Source: Macrostomum lignano (Eukaryota). Taken from it: a stretch of 64,000 bases of DNA. A program made the translations under genes and the position numbers. Shown here piece after piece: positions 45,426 to 58,774 of the stretch. The stretch's first letter is position 1; every line of letters begins with the position of its first letter. The notes beneath the pieces are model-generated. The model worked only from the letters and a program-made list of their open reading frames with translations. It had not been told where the DNA came from and made no database searches. The stretch spans positions 1-64,000 of the forward strand of contig NIVC01002877.1 of the NCBI GenBank assembly GCA_002269645.1, read 5' to 3'.

Positions 45426-46609
45426 GACCGTTTAAAGTCACATTTGCATAACACCTTTGCATGGGTTCGTCGACTGCCTGCTGACTGGCGCCAGCGTCCG
45501 GATTCGGCCGGCGGGGTGGCCTTCGCTCGCGGCCTTGGGTGCTCAGAGGCGCACCATGTTTTTTTATAAAACTTGACAGCGTTTTCTGTACAAAAAATCA
45601 ATTTTTTCGAAATCCGTTTTGAGAACAGAACTCTGCATGCATTTGTGTTTTGCAAGTCTTCAATGATATTTTTCAAATAAAGACTTTAATTAACTCGCGA
45701 ATCAACCTCAGGTAGAACTACCTGCTCTGCTTGAAGTTGATTCGGAAGTTCAGAGGGTGAGATTTGGCGATTTTAGTCCTATAAAACTGAAAAATTCCAA
45801 CCGGCCTCGGGTAAATTTTGTGAGCTCGGCGTCTTCTTCTTTAGATGTCGAGGAACAGGTCTACATGTGAAAAGGGGTGCACAGCATTGCCAGCATACAG
45901 GGCCATGGTCGCCCAGTAAGCGTCTTCAACTGGGCGCTTCATTAATCGCCTACGATGATCACTTTCGATCCAGCACTCATGACCATCCCTAATGGATTGG
46001 CTGCCCCGAGTCAGCTCTAACTTAATTAGCGAAATCTAGAAGAGGAACCTCTTCAGAAGGCGCCCGCCCTCCGATGCGAACTCACGCCCTTCTGCCGCCC
46101 CTTCTGCGACAGAACTGGACAAGACAAGAAGCGGGCGCTGTGTCAGAAATCCGTTCAATTTTCAGCAACCGGCATGCAGCAAGGCACCGGGCGGATGCCT
46201 GAATAATGCGCTAATTATATGCCACAAAAGGTGGGCCGAGATCGCGCCTCCGTCCGGCTGGGATAATTAAAGGAAAAATCCTTCGTCATCAATCAGCGGC
46301 CCGTTGCCAAAAGATCTGGATTTCTCCGAATCCCAAAGCACAGTATTCTCAGAAATGGATCACATGCTCCGCGTCTCAACAACACCCTATTATCCTTGAC
46401 TTGTTTTGGTTAACAAGCGAGGAAAAGTTTCCGGCCCGTTTGTTTTTCTGTCAATCCCGTCCTTTACCTCATGTTTTCCGCATCACTTTTCCTTTTGTAG
46501 CACCCGCGCTGTCTTGGGAAACTGACTCTGTGTGTGACAGCATGCGTTGAGGAGTTAGAGACAGCTAAAGCTTTAGGATTTTAAGATTAGGGCGAGGTTG
46601 GCAGTCAAC

Positions 46610-49010
46610 TTGTGTCAGTAAATCGCTGTTAGTCAATTGTCATTGGCAGGCAGATTGCAGTCAGTCAATTGTCATCGGCAGTCAGATTGCAGTCAGTCAA
46701 TTTTCATCGGCAGGCAGATTGCAGTCAGTCAATTCTCATCGGCAGGCAAATTGCAGTCAGTCAATTGTCATCGGCAGGCAGATTGCAGTCAGTCAATTGT
46801 CATCGGCAGGCAGATTGCAGTCAGTCAATTTTCATTGGCAGGCAGATTGCAGTCAGTCAATTGTCATCGGCAGGCAGATTGCAGTCAGTCAATTTTCATC
46901 GGCAGGCAGATTGCAGTCAGTCAATTCTCATCGGCAGGCAAATTGCAGTCAGTCAATTGTCATCGGCAGGCAGATTGCAGTCAGTCAATTTTCATTGGCA
47001 GGCAGATTGCAGTCAGTCAATTGTCATCGGCAGGCAGATTGCAGTCAGTCAATTGTCATCGGCAGGCAGATTGCAGTCAGTCAATTCTCATCGGCAGGCA
47101 AATTGCAGTCAGTCAATTGTCATCGGCAGGCAGATTGCAGTCAGTCAATTGTCATCGGCAGGCAGATTGCAGTCAGTCAATTTTCATTGGCAGGCAGATT
47201 GCAGTCAGTCAATTGTCATCGGCAGTCAGATTGCAGTCAGTCAATTTTCATCGGCAGGCAGATTGCAGTCAGTCAATTCTCATCGGCAGGCAAATTGCAG
47301 TCAGTCAATTGTCATCGGCAGGCAGATTGCAGTCAGTCAATTGTCATCGGCAGGCAGATTGCAGTCAGTCAATTGTCATCGGCAGGCATATTGCAGTCAG
47401 TCAATTGTCATCGGCAGGCAGATTGCAGTCAGTCAATTTTCATTGGCAGGCAGATTGCAGTCAGTCAATTGTCATCGGCAGGCAGATTGCAGTCAGTCAA
47501 TTGTCATCGGTAGGCAGATTGCAGTGAGTCAATTGTCATCAGCAGGCAGATTGCAGTGAGTCAATTGTCATCAGCAGGCAGATTGCAGTCAGTCAATTGT
47601 CATCGGCAGGCAGATTGCAGTCAGTCAATTGTCATCGGCAGGCAGATTGCAGTCAGTCAATTCTCATCGGCAGGCAGATTGCAGTCAGTCAATTCTCATC
47701 GGCAGGCAGATTGCAGTCAGTCAATTGTCATTGGCAGGCAGATTGCAGTCAGTCAATTCTCATCGGCAGGCAGATTGCAGTCAGTCAATTCTCATCGGCA
47801 GGCAGATTGCAGTCAGTCAATTGTCATTGGCAGTCAGATTGCAGTCAGTCAATTGTCATTGGCAGTCAGATTGCAGTCAGTCAATTGTCATTGGCAGTCA
47901 GATTGCAGTCAGTCAATTCTCATCGGCAGGCAAATTGCAGTCAGTCAATTCTCATCGGCAGGCAAATTGCAGTCAGTCAATTGTCATCGGCAGGCAGATT
48001 GCAGTCAGTCAATTTTCATTGGCAGGCAGATTGCAGTCAGTCAATTGTCATCGGCAGGCAGATTGCAGTCAGTCAATTGTCATCGGCAGGCAGATTGCAG
48101 TCAGTCAATTCTCATCGGCAGGCAAATTGCAGTCAGTCAATTGTCATCGGCAGGCAGATTGCAGTCAGTCAATTGTCATCGGCAGGCAGATTGCAGTCAG
48201 TCAATTTTCATTGGCAGGCAGATTGCAGTCAGTCAATTGTCATCGGCAGTCAGATTGCAGTCAGTCAATTTTCATCGGCAGGCAGATTGCAGTCAGTCAA
48301 TTCTCATCGGCAGGCAAATTGCAGTCAGTCAATTGTCATCGGCAGGCAGATTGCAGTCAGTCAATTGTCATCGGCAGGCAGATTGCAGTCAGTCAATTGT
48401 CATCGGCAGGCATATTGCAGTCAGTCAATTGTCATCGGCAGGCAGATTGCAGTCAGTCAATTTTCATTGGCAGGCAGATTGCAGTCAGTCAATTGTCATC
48501 GGCAGGCAGATTACAGTCAGTCAATTGTCATCGGTAGGCAGATTGCAGTGAGTCAATTGTCATCAGCAGGCAGATTGCAGTGAGTCAATTGTCATCAGCA
48601 GGCAGATTGCAGTCAGTCAATTGTCATCGGCAGGCAGATTGCAGTCAGTCAATTGTCATCGGCAGGCAGATTGCAGTCAGTCAATTCTCATCGGCAGGCA
48701 GATTGCAGTCAGTCAATTCTCATCGGCAGGCAGATTGCAGTCAGTCAATTGTCATTGGCAGGCAGATTGCAGTCAGTCAATTCTCATCGGCAGGCAGATT
48801 GCAGTCAGTCAATTCTCATCGGCAGGCAGATTGCAGTCAGTCAATTGTCATTGGCAGTCAGATTGCAGTCAGTCAATTGTCATTGGCAGTCAGATTGCAG
48901 TCAGTCAATTGTCATTGGCAGTCAGATTGCAGTCAGTCAATTCTCATCGGCAGGCAAATTGCAGTCAGTCAATTCTCATCGGCAGGCAAATTGCAGTCAG
49001 TCAATTGTCA
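46610..49010. repeat. 32-bp satellite, ~75 copies, with a 1024-bp higher-order duplication
   Basis: Unit GCAGTCAGTCAATTGTCATCGGCAGGCAGATT; rare variants recur at +1024. Confidence 0.96.
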
Positions 49011-50939
49011 TTCAGATGAGATCGCTTCACTACTAACAAAATCCATTCAAAAGAGAATTTTTTTAGCCATTCTAGCTAATTAACGTGGAAAGCAATTCCT
49101 TTCACCGGCTGGGGACTGTTGAAATTACGGTAGTGGAGAATTGCTCATTTGCATCTCTTATTCCGGGGCTTTACATCCATAGCTTTAGGCACTTGTCTTT
49201 GCACCAGATTAGTGGCTTTAAGCTCGTTTGACTACAAAGAGTGAAAGGGCAGACAGAGAACAATGAAGTTCCACTTCGAAGCACACTAGTCGTAATGAGA
49301 GCCTGTTTGACGCTGCGGTGCAAATGCAGTGTATTTCTGTCCGGCCAAATCTACCTGTAATTTACACTATCCACCGCTTCTGAGCAACCAATGTTAGCCA
49401 GCTGTTTCTTACGACGGGATCATTTTCAAAAACTGGAAATGAAAAATATCAAAGACAAACTTTGCATGGCAAGTACAGTCTTTTACTTTCCGGAAAAGCA
49501 GAGATGGGTAACGATGGCTGCTGGCTAATTCTCTAATCGCATTCAAAGGAGAAATGAGATTAGGTTTTGAAAGTGCTTTGACAAACTGGCCGGACCCAGT
49601 GAGAAGCCCCGCACCCAGTGAGGAGGGTTTCCTGCTCAAAAGATTGACACTGACTAATTATTCTTTAAATTCGACTCTCTGCTCGGTTTTCTTTTTAATA
49701 AGATGTCTCAGAACACCTCAAGGACGTGAGATTGGTGCGAAATCGAACTGCAATGCATCGAATCGACTTTCTTGCGGCCAGGGACAACTGGAAAGCGATA
49801 CTCAGCAAGGGGCTCGTGCGCGAGACTTGACCTGTGGCTTGCGCAATTACTACATTGCTCATTCAATTTTTAGCCACGCCAGCTTTTAACCTCGTGCAGC
49901 TGAAAAAGTTCTAAAGTTAAAATTAAAACCACGGTTGCAAAATTCATTATGAAACTTTACTAATGTTAGTAATTATAGCTATTTTGCAGTTCCTCCACCG
50001 TAGAACAGATGGCGACGCCCTGAATGCTGAGGCTGCTCTGCACGGACTCAACGAACTACAGCAGGCTGGCTACATAGTTTGGCTTAATTAGGCCATTAAT
50101 AAGAGCTCCAAGACTCACCTTTGTTGAATAAAATGCAGGTGCGCCTTCGAGATTGAAGGCTCGAGAGAAAAAGTTACGAAGATTGTGAGATTCTACATTT
50201 TATGAGCTAAAATTGAGGCAGCACTGATGAGAGGGGGCCGCAGCGACTGATCTGCGATGCGCGATAAGAAAGCAAGCAGATCTGAAAGAATGATTCTTAG
50301 GCTCGGCACAGAGGATGAAGGGTATTAGGCCGAAGAAACGTGCTTAGTCTTTTTGCAGTTTGGGAAATGATTGCGTTTTGTCATCACTTAATCACAGTAG
50401 CCAGAACAATCATTCCAAGATTAATAGGAATCAGCTGCCACCAGCATCCCATTAGCAGGCATAAAGCCTAATCTTTCACATAGGTGGCGAATCTCGCTAC
50501 ACCGGAACAAGAACGGTCGGAGTCAATGCACAGCGGGAGGCGGGGCTGCGTCAATTCCGGCCGCTGTGTAGCAGTTCCGCGGTCCCAAACTATCGTCTCT
50601 GCCAGAGAAAGTTGCAGAGTGCCGGGGAGGCAGGCCAGGGAAGAGAGATCGGCTGATCTGATTTGCTCTGGCAAATGTTCCCGGCCATGAAGCCTCACTC
50701 ACTTCAGCCTCTCGCCTCCAATCTGAGAACAAGAGGGTAGGAGAGAAATGGGGAAATGGGAATTTGAAGGAGAGGATGAGGATCCCCAACTGTTAGTATT
50801 TATACCATCCTCTGACTCGTCTCTGCTCTTTACTTACAACACTCTCAGATATTAGAACGTCAGAGCCTGTCTTTGGCAGTCACTTCGACCTCCCAATTCA
50901 AATATCTTCTCAAAACATCAACTAGTTCAGCTGAGCAGG

Positions 50940-52256
50940 ATGTACATCTTTCCCTATGAGCAGTTTATGTACGACAACTACCAAGCCTACCGGCTGAGCA
51001 AGCTGGTGAAGTGTGTGCTGCCGCCGATACTGCTGACTGTGGGCACCGCGGGCAACATCCTGGGCATGGTGGTCTTACATCGGCATTCGAAGTCGGTGCC
51101 ACTGTACCTCTATCTAATACTCATCGCTGTGGCCGACCAGATGGTTCTCTCGACCGGCCTGTTTTCGAAATGGCTCAAAGAAGCATTCGGCTTCCGAATC
51201 GAGACGCTGAGCAGCCTCAGCTGTAAGATGACGTTCTTCGTGCAGTTCTCGTTCAGCTATGCCTCCGTGTGGCTTATCGTTGCCATGACAATCGAGCGCT
51301 TCTACGCCGTTATTTCACCGCTGCGGGCGAGCACCAACACGCACAGCCGACGCCGCATCCGCTGGACCGCGGCCCTAATCTACGCAGCCGACCTGCTGCT
51401 GTTCAATTCGCACTGGATGTACACCATGGACCTGCTGCCCATGGTTCGCAACCTCACCGAGTTTAACGCCGACATCAACGCCACTCTGACCAACGAGTTT
51501 ACCTACCACGACTGCGACCTGCGGCCGGCCTTGGGCATCGCGTACTTCATCTATTGGTTTGACACTGTCTGCTACCTGCTGATACCGTTCACGGTAATCT
51601 TCCTGCTCAACCTGGCCATCATCGTTCATCTAGTGCGACCGAAATACACGAGGCGATCCACGCCAGGTAACCAGGGGCGGCGCCGGCATCAGCGGCAGCA
51701 CCGCCAGCATCCGTCTCTGGAGGGCAGCTTTGCTTCAGCTTCATCCTGCGGCAGTCGTCGAGGCCGTCAGAATCAGCACCAGCATCAGGATCAGCAGGCT
51801 GAGCGGCTGCGCACTCTTACGGCTTCACCCAGGAGGAGTCGATCGGCCAGACAGGTCACAGTGATGCTGGTCACGATCTGCGCCTGCTACCTGCTCTGCA
51901 CACTGCCCATCGCGCTATTGAAACTCTCCATCTTCTTGTTCGATCTGACGCGCTCAAGCGACTTGGGCAGCATTGCCAACTTCTACCTGATCGAGGCCCT
52001 GGCCGAGATGGTCATGTACCTGAGCAATGTTGGCAATTTCTACTTGTATGTGGCCTCGGCCGGCCGCTTCAGACGCGAGTTGAAGCAGACGTTCAGCTGC
52101 TTTCAGCGCCGCCAAATCAACGCCAGCCAGCGCAGCCGCAACAGTTTGCGCGGCGCTGACCGGCGGCCGAGCCAGTTTCAGCAGGTGGAGATTCCACTTC
52201 TAATGCCATCCGGAGTTACTGGCTGCCGCAGCGGTGCAACTGCCCTGTCAAGCTGA
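50940..52256 (+). CDS. Intronless rhodopsin-class GPCR, peptide-receptor type (FMRFamide/TRH-receptor-like), 438 aa
   Basis: TM1 GN, TM2 IAVAD, TM3 Cys and ERF (DRY equivalent), long basic ICL3, TM7 SNVGNFYLY followed by RFR. Confidence 0.93.
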   Translation: MYIFPYEQFMYDNYQAYRLSKLVKCVLPPILLTVGTAGNILGMVVLHRHSKSVPLYLYLILIAVADQMVLSTGLFSKWLKEAFGFRIETLSSLSCKMTFFVQFSFSYASVWLIVAMTIERFYAVISPLRASTNTHSRRRIRWTAALIYAADLLLFNSHWMYTMDLLPMVRNLTEFNADINATLTNEFTYHDCDLRPALGIAYFIYWFDTVCYLLIPFTVIFLLNLAIIVHLVRPKYTRRSTPGNQGRRRHQRQHRQHPSLEGSFASASSCGSRRGRQNQHQHQDQQAERLRTLTASPRRSRSARQVTVMLVTICACYLLCTLPIALLKLSIFLFDLTRSSDLGSIANFYLIEALAEMVMYLSNVGNFYLYVASAGRFRRELKQTFSCFQRRQINASQRSRNSLRGADRRPSQFQQVEIPLLMPSGVTGCRSGATALSS

Positions 52257-54422
52257 GCCCAGCTTCGCATTAAAAAAGGCCAGACATATGATGAAGAAAG
52301 GCTGCGGAAGCCACTCTGGACGATGGAGGAAGCCGCACAATGCGAGCCTGCCAAGCCACGCTTGACTGACCAACTGAGAGGAATCTGCTTTAGTCCGCTT
52401 CGGTGTAACTCACTTGTCCCCCCGTCCGTAGAATTCTGACGCTGATGTCGCTTGCAATCATTTTTGCTGCTCGTGTTGATTTATTTCCATTTCCCTTTGC
52501 TTGTTAGAGTCTAGGCCGCCTGCTCCCTGCTTACAGACCAGTGTCGCTGTTTCTTCAAGACCGATCTCGCTTGCAATTCTAAAATAGAATTTTGCTTTGC
52601 TCGCCCTTTTCACGCTTTCAGAAAGAAACATTTTATGCAGTTTTTTAATTCGTTTTGATCCCCAACAACGCCATTAAAATTGTCATTCAATTCATTCCTG
52701 AAATCTGCATCTATGCACAATGTTCTGTAGTCAAGGGCCCTAATGTAGGTAGTTCAACTAGAATTGAAAGAAAACAGTAAAAATACAAAAAACTCGCAAT
52801 CGCAACATTCTTGGCTTCTGCCAGAAACACCGGCTTGAGTAGATTGCAGTTGAGTGCAACTCAAAGAAAAAGAAAAAATCACTGACTTGCTGCTGTTTGC
52901 TTTCGTTTAATCTACGCAGAAAGCTTTTCTAAATTCTCGCAAGCAATATTCAAATTGGTACATTCAATCAGGGATGGCTGCATCCCTGCCGAGGCCAAGT
53001 ATAACTACTGATCATGGTTAGCTTTAGCAATTAGTGAATTTTATGGCACAAAAACTCTCCGCATGACAACTGCCTTGATGCTGCATAGAAATCGGGATTT
53101 TTTGACGGATGCGAAAGAATGCTTGAACAGAATTCCCATTGATGGCATTGACTATCAGCTTTTATTGTTGCAAACCAGCCGCTTGACTGATTCATTTCCA
53201 TGCAGAGATGGAAGAATTAGTTCTAGTCTCAGTCAGGCTAGCAGCTGAAAAAAAGAAAATATATATATTTAGAGCGTCATATTACTTTTTAGATGAAAGA
53301 TGTCGTACACAGTACTGATCAAGTAGACTGTTTGAGTTGGTAAAGCAGAAACAAGTAACAAACTATTTCTTCGCTTCTACAATGCAATGCCTCTTGTTAT
53401 TACGCATTTTTCGTAGTGTTTGATGCACACTTGTGTAAATTTCTACATGAAATCTGCAGGTTAGGCCCCGTGTCCAACCGCGCGTCTCTCTTCTTTACTA
53501 TCGTGTGCACTTCGTCATCCAGTCTCCTGCGGCCCCGGGTCAGCAGATCAGTGAGAGCACTGCAGAAAGGGTTATTACCTACAGAAATCGTCACCTGAGT
53601 CAAGTAACATGCTGATGACCAGTTTCTGACGACTTTCTCAACTACCAGCATCTGAACGTGTCAGTACGAGCTAGTACGTTAATTTTAAACTTACGAGTTG
53701 AATTTATTGTGTAATTCAATTGGCCCCTTCAAAGTATTCTCATGCACGAGCTCGCCATGAGCAAATATATGCTAAACGGCACGCATTCAGTGATAGTTAC
53801 CATACGTCTCAAGCGAATTTTCTTTACTCTTACACGAGATGCTCCGGTACATGTAGTTCCAGTTTCCTAGAATTAATTGCAAGTGCTACATCGGGATTTC
53901 TTAGTGACTGATTATCCTGAACTATGAAAGATATGAGCGCACTAAATATGACAAGATGCATAGATCTCTGCCAAAAGGCAAGCTGGCTTATGCATGGATA
54001 GCCTTTATTTTTTTGCGTTTCTGGCTGCACAGGCTTTTTTGGCCTCGTCCCGGATTTTATTAAGGCTTTTGTGAAGTGAATCTTTGAATTCTATCGTGAT
54101 TTTAATCAATTGCTCTAACTATTCCTACACTGTTCGATGCATTGAGCACTTGCTGTGCCGATGACATTCTTCATTTTTGTCGAAAGTAAAACATTCGAAA
54201 GGGTGCCATGAACGAACGCAAAAGCAAAACACTCTTGCTTGGAGAGTGGGCGTTAAGGTTTTATTTTTAGTTCTTGGGAAACCGCAGAAATTACATTGAC
54301 GCATTCTTTTCACTTGCTTGCCAGCATTCTGTCGCGGAGTCACTTACTGACACAAAGTTTAAAACAATCAGAGCTTTGATTATCCGTTAGAATAACCAAC
54401 TTAGAAGCTTTGATTTTTATGC

Positions 54423-55110
54423 CTACTCGTCTCCAGCCCTTTTGACGAATCCGCTCGACCAGCGCTGACCAGCTCGCTTACCGAAGCCGCTCGACCAGCG
54501 CTGACCAGCTCGCTTGCCGAAGCCGCTCGACCAGCGCTGACCAGCTCGCTTACCGAAGCCGCTGGACCAACGTTGATCCGGTCGCTTACCGAATCCGCTC
54601 GACCAGCGCTGACCAGCTCGCTTACCGAAGCCGCTCGCCCAGCGCTGACCAGCTCGCTTACCGAAGCCGCTCGACCAGCGCTGACCAGCTCGCTTACCGA
54701 AGCCGCTGGACCAACGTTGATCCGGTCGCTTACCGAATCCGCTCGACCAGCGCTGACCAGCTCGCTTACCGAAGCCGCTCGCCCAGCGCTGACCAGCTCG
54801 CTTACCGAAGCCGCTCGACCAGCGCTGACCAGCTCGCTTACCGAATCCGCTCGACCAGCGCTGACCAGCTCGCTTTTTTAAACCCTCACGCTGAGGCTGT
54901 TCGCTCGAGAGTTCGCGAGCAAGAGGCGCGACTTCATCGTCCTGTTCAGCTTCGTTTAGTTCTGCAACAAGCAATGCTGAGTCGGCTTATTTTGAGCGCC
55001 CAAGAAGATTATTCTTGATGTGCAAGTCTCAGCAACTTACCGTTTGTCTGGGCAGAAACGACCACAGCGAATATTACAGCCAGACACACCAGCCGCCAAA
55101 TGTATTGCAT
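54423..55110 (-). CDS. Neuropeptide precursor, two exons (55110..55041 and 54961..54423), 202 aa, 12 KR-flanked QRW(S/A)SGF peptides
   Basis: Signal peptide MQYIWRLVCLAVIFAVVVSA; 79-nt phase-1 GTAAG...TTGCAG intron; acidic spacer; GKR amidation and cleavage sites. Confidence 0.93.
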
Positions 55111-56771
55111 ATTGAGTTCAATGCCTGTAGGGCTTTTCTGGAAACCAGACTACGTCTTGTTGCTGTTAGGCCTGCTGTAACTTTGTTCCCCGTCCTAACT
55201 AAAACAAGATTAGGCGGCTGAGGAAGAGAAAGATTCGCCTCTTCTTATACACGCGCGCCAAATCGAAGTGGTTCTCGGATTGGCTGAAAACAGGGCGCTT
55301 GTAGCAAGCAGGAAGTGTTTTGGCAGATTGAAGGGCCATTGTTTTGGAAAATCTACAGTGGCTATAGCTTGTGAAACGCCGGCGAAACAGACAGCTCAAA
55401 GAGTTTGTGAATAATGTCAACAAAACAGTCAGATTTTTTGCCTAGAGACGAGTTTTAGGTTCATAGCTAATGAAGTATGCAGTCCGTCAATGCCGAGTAA
55501 GGGCTGGTAAAAAGGTAGATCATATCCATATCGGTGTAACCAGTGTGTAATATTTTTACAACCATTTTTATCGCAAGCTCCTAAATAGGACTTTGTGACC
55601 AGCAGCCGCTGCATTTATGGCATCCAGGTATAAAGCCCGAGCATCCTAGCATAACTTCGCTAGCTTGGAAAATTTTCTATGAACTATATGGGCTAGACTA
55701 ATAGAGTAGACTATGAGGCAATTTCGACTGAATCGCATTATTAGCGTAATTAATCCCCAGTTTTAAGACTATCAGTCTACTAGCTAGACTGGCAGGCATG
55801 GTCTGGCAAAATTTCCAAATGCGACCGAATTGTATCAATTTGGAAAATAGTCGCTCATCAGACCCGAGTTCTCAGCATGAATAGCAGTGCAGCTGGATAA
55901 GGCAAGTGAGTTCCTGCTGTCATTCTTGATGCTTATTGAACTGGCAAGCAGAAGTGGGGAACTGCGCTGGTTGAATAGAAAATAGCTGACTGCAAGGGAG
56001 CTCAAGCTCAAGCCCGAAGCCTGCGCTGGTTAGTGCGGATGCGGACTTCCCGACGGCGTCAACTTTCATTACTAAAAAAATTGCTGCCTGAGCTCGGGCT
56101 CCGGCCGGTCTGCCTGCCTACGCTACTTGTATGCAGATGACAAAGGCTGTTGAATAAAAGAAGAATGTCAAAAGGAGTTCGTCAGACATCTTTCGCAAGG
56201 CCAGCAGCTTGATCTGTTGGGTTGGGGGCGCCGACTGAAATAGACGCGTCAGTCCCAATTCCGCTTGCCCGGATGGCATGAATTCAGTGTAGTGCTCAGT
56301 GGGAATCACGCAGGGCCTGTCACTACGCTGAACATCACCCGCCTCTCTCACTGATTCTGCTCCCTGTCTAAGCGCCAAAGTTTATTTGCAATCACTTGCA
56401 TCAATAGCTTTCATAGGCGATTGTCTTTCCATTTATGGCTGCCTTTTTTGTCAGCTCTCGCTGTTTTGGAGATTCTCGACGGTTGCATAAATTTCACATG
56501 GATGGAAAAGAAGCAACACGAATGCTTAAAATGAAAACGCATAATGTACGAGCGTAGGTATCAAGTTTTTGGTCGACTTCAACCACAAATTGACTGCAGC
56601 TCACAAAGATGCAACCATTCTATGGTCAAGCGTTTTGAGTCTGTTCTTTTTCTAGAGCTATTAGATTTGAACCTAGAGTTTACAACATGCATCGAAAAAC
56701 TCACTGTTACTGATTTAGGCTTGAAAGTTTTAAAAACTCCGTCACGCATGAACGGTGAAAAAAGCTTACAA

Positions 56772-58774
56772 ATGTCTCGCCGCTTCAGGGCCGAGCAAAT
56801 CACCCTAATAAATGATCTGTGCAAGCGCCTGGGCTTCGACATCAACAGCGATGTTTTTGAAACTGACAGCGGCTTGCTGCAGCTTCTGCCTCTCATTCAA
56901 GCCCGACTCAATGAGCTTCAGGAGGAGGACACTTACCGCGATGTCGAAGAAATCACTACAGACAGTTGCCCAGTGCTGCATCCCAACCAGCTGCTTCATA
57001 CAAATGCTTACAAACCATCAGCATCGAAGCCGTCTTCGGATGTTAGTGCCGCCGTACACTCAATAATGAGAGCTATGGTTTTATCACAACTCCGACGCGC
57101 AATATCCGCCGCGGTGCTTGAATCATCCTCCGCATCTTCATCTTGCTTAATGCGCCGGGACATGAGCAGCACTGCCAGCGGCCAACAGTCCTCAACCATT
57201 ATCGAGAAGTCGCTGAGTCCCCTGATCACTGAGATCAGAAGTGACACGCTACTTAACGAGGTTGTTACGTCGGTTGTTCGAGCCGCCTCAGAGACGGTGC
57301 AAGATGCGGAATCAAATTTAAGCAGCAACGCGCACAGCAAACTGGACTATTCTGCATCCTGTTCCAGCGTTAAGACATCCAAAGTAAGAACCGAATGCTT
57401 CAATTTTTGTTCTGCTTCGAGTATAATGAGTTGAACTGTTATTTTTCATCCCTACCCTAGCAAAAGAAGCATGAGAAAGCGCAAACCTCAAGAACATCAA
57501 CGGCATCCTCCAGGTCGAGTACGAGTACCAGCAGTTTCAGCGGCTTCCCCTGTTTCCCCAGTCCACATTCGCGCGATGACAATCGAGGAACAGGAAGCTC
57601 AAAAGAGCAGAGCATAGTCGGAAGCACCACCAACTGCAGTCAGCGCTCGCGATCGAAGCGGCTGGATGCAGCTGACAAACGACGGGATGCGATGAGACAC
57701 GGCGTCAGAGTAGACGAGGTCGCCGCCCGACTGTGGGAAGCGACTAGCGGACTTTCCTGCAGTCGCATTCAGTCAAGCAACTCCGTATCAGATGCGCCTC
57801 GCTCCGATGACATTATGTCCAACTCAAACATGGAGGTAGATTCGTTCATGAGGTGGCCGAATTATTAATTTTGCTACAGTCCTACACTACTACAGTCGAT
57901 TACTGTAATGAAAGATTCGCTCAGATAATGTCTTTTTGTAGGACTTCAGACATAACTGCTAGAAGTACATGTCTCGAGTAAATGTTACATCTGAATGAGC
58001 TAGCCAATTGATGTGCCTTTACTCAGCCAGCCTCGCATAAAACTTAATCACTTTGCATCTGGGTCGTATTTGATTAAACTTGAGATCATCTTGAGACTTG
58101 AACTAGAGAATCAGGTTGCATTGAAAATGGCTGCTCTCTCAGCGGACACATAGGAGAAATTTTTTGCCAGGAGGGCAAATAGTCCCGCTGACCGTAATAC
58201 TTTAGCATTGATTTAGCGCAGTAGGTGAGGTTTTTTAAGAACGCAAGCCTTTTTCGCTAGGAGCAGCTGACTCCCTTGACCTCTCCTGGATGGCTCCCCA
58301 TTATTGCAGTTTAGCGATAATCTCAAATGTCCAGGGCAGTGGCCCCCATCTCCATCGCACCCTCAAACCCCATCGCATGATCAAAATTGCATTCGTTTAT
58401 GCATGCTGGTGAGTTAAAGAAATTCCCGAATCGCGCAGGCACGGTGGGGAGGTCGCACGCTGCTCGAGCGCAGGCGACAGTTCTGCTGGCCGATCGTGGA
58501 CCATTATCGACACCCGTACCACAGCACAAACGCTGTTGCCCGGGACAACTGGCAGTTCGTCAACCTGCGCAACCCGCTGTGCCAAGCCGACGCCCAGCTC
58601 AACCGGACCCGGCGGGCTGAAATTCTTGAGCATTGCCTGCAGCAGCGCCAGCTGGACGCAAAGAACCCGGAGCTGGACCGGGGCGCATCCAGTCCGTTCG
58701 AGCTCTACAACGGTGTAACTCATCCGCTGGGCCCGTCGGCAGCGCCCTGCAGAGCCACATTTGTTGGCCAGTGA
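56772..58774 (+). CDS. Orphan multi-exon protein; predicted exons 56772-57383, 57461-57835, 58310-58408 and 58439-58774
   Basis: All junctions are GT-AG in phase 0 and all exons are open. Ser-rich middle and Cys/Trp-containing C-terminal part; no family recognised; start and last exon uncertain. Confidence 0.5.

Noticed and set aside
45860-45990. Possible LINE endonuclease remnant (SDHR on the minus strand)
   Set aside because: Too short, with no other motifs.
46637-49083. Nine long ORFs of 127-331 aa
   Set aside because: By-product of a stop-free 32-bp unit; alternative starts only, open in all three frames.
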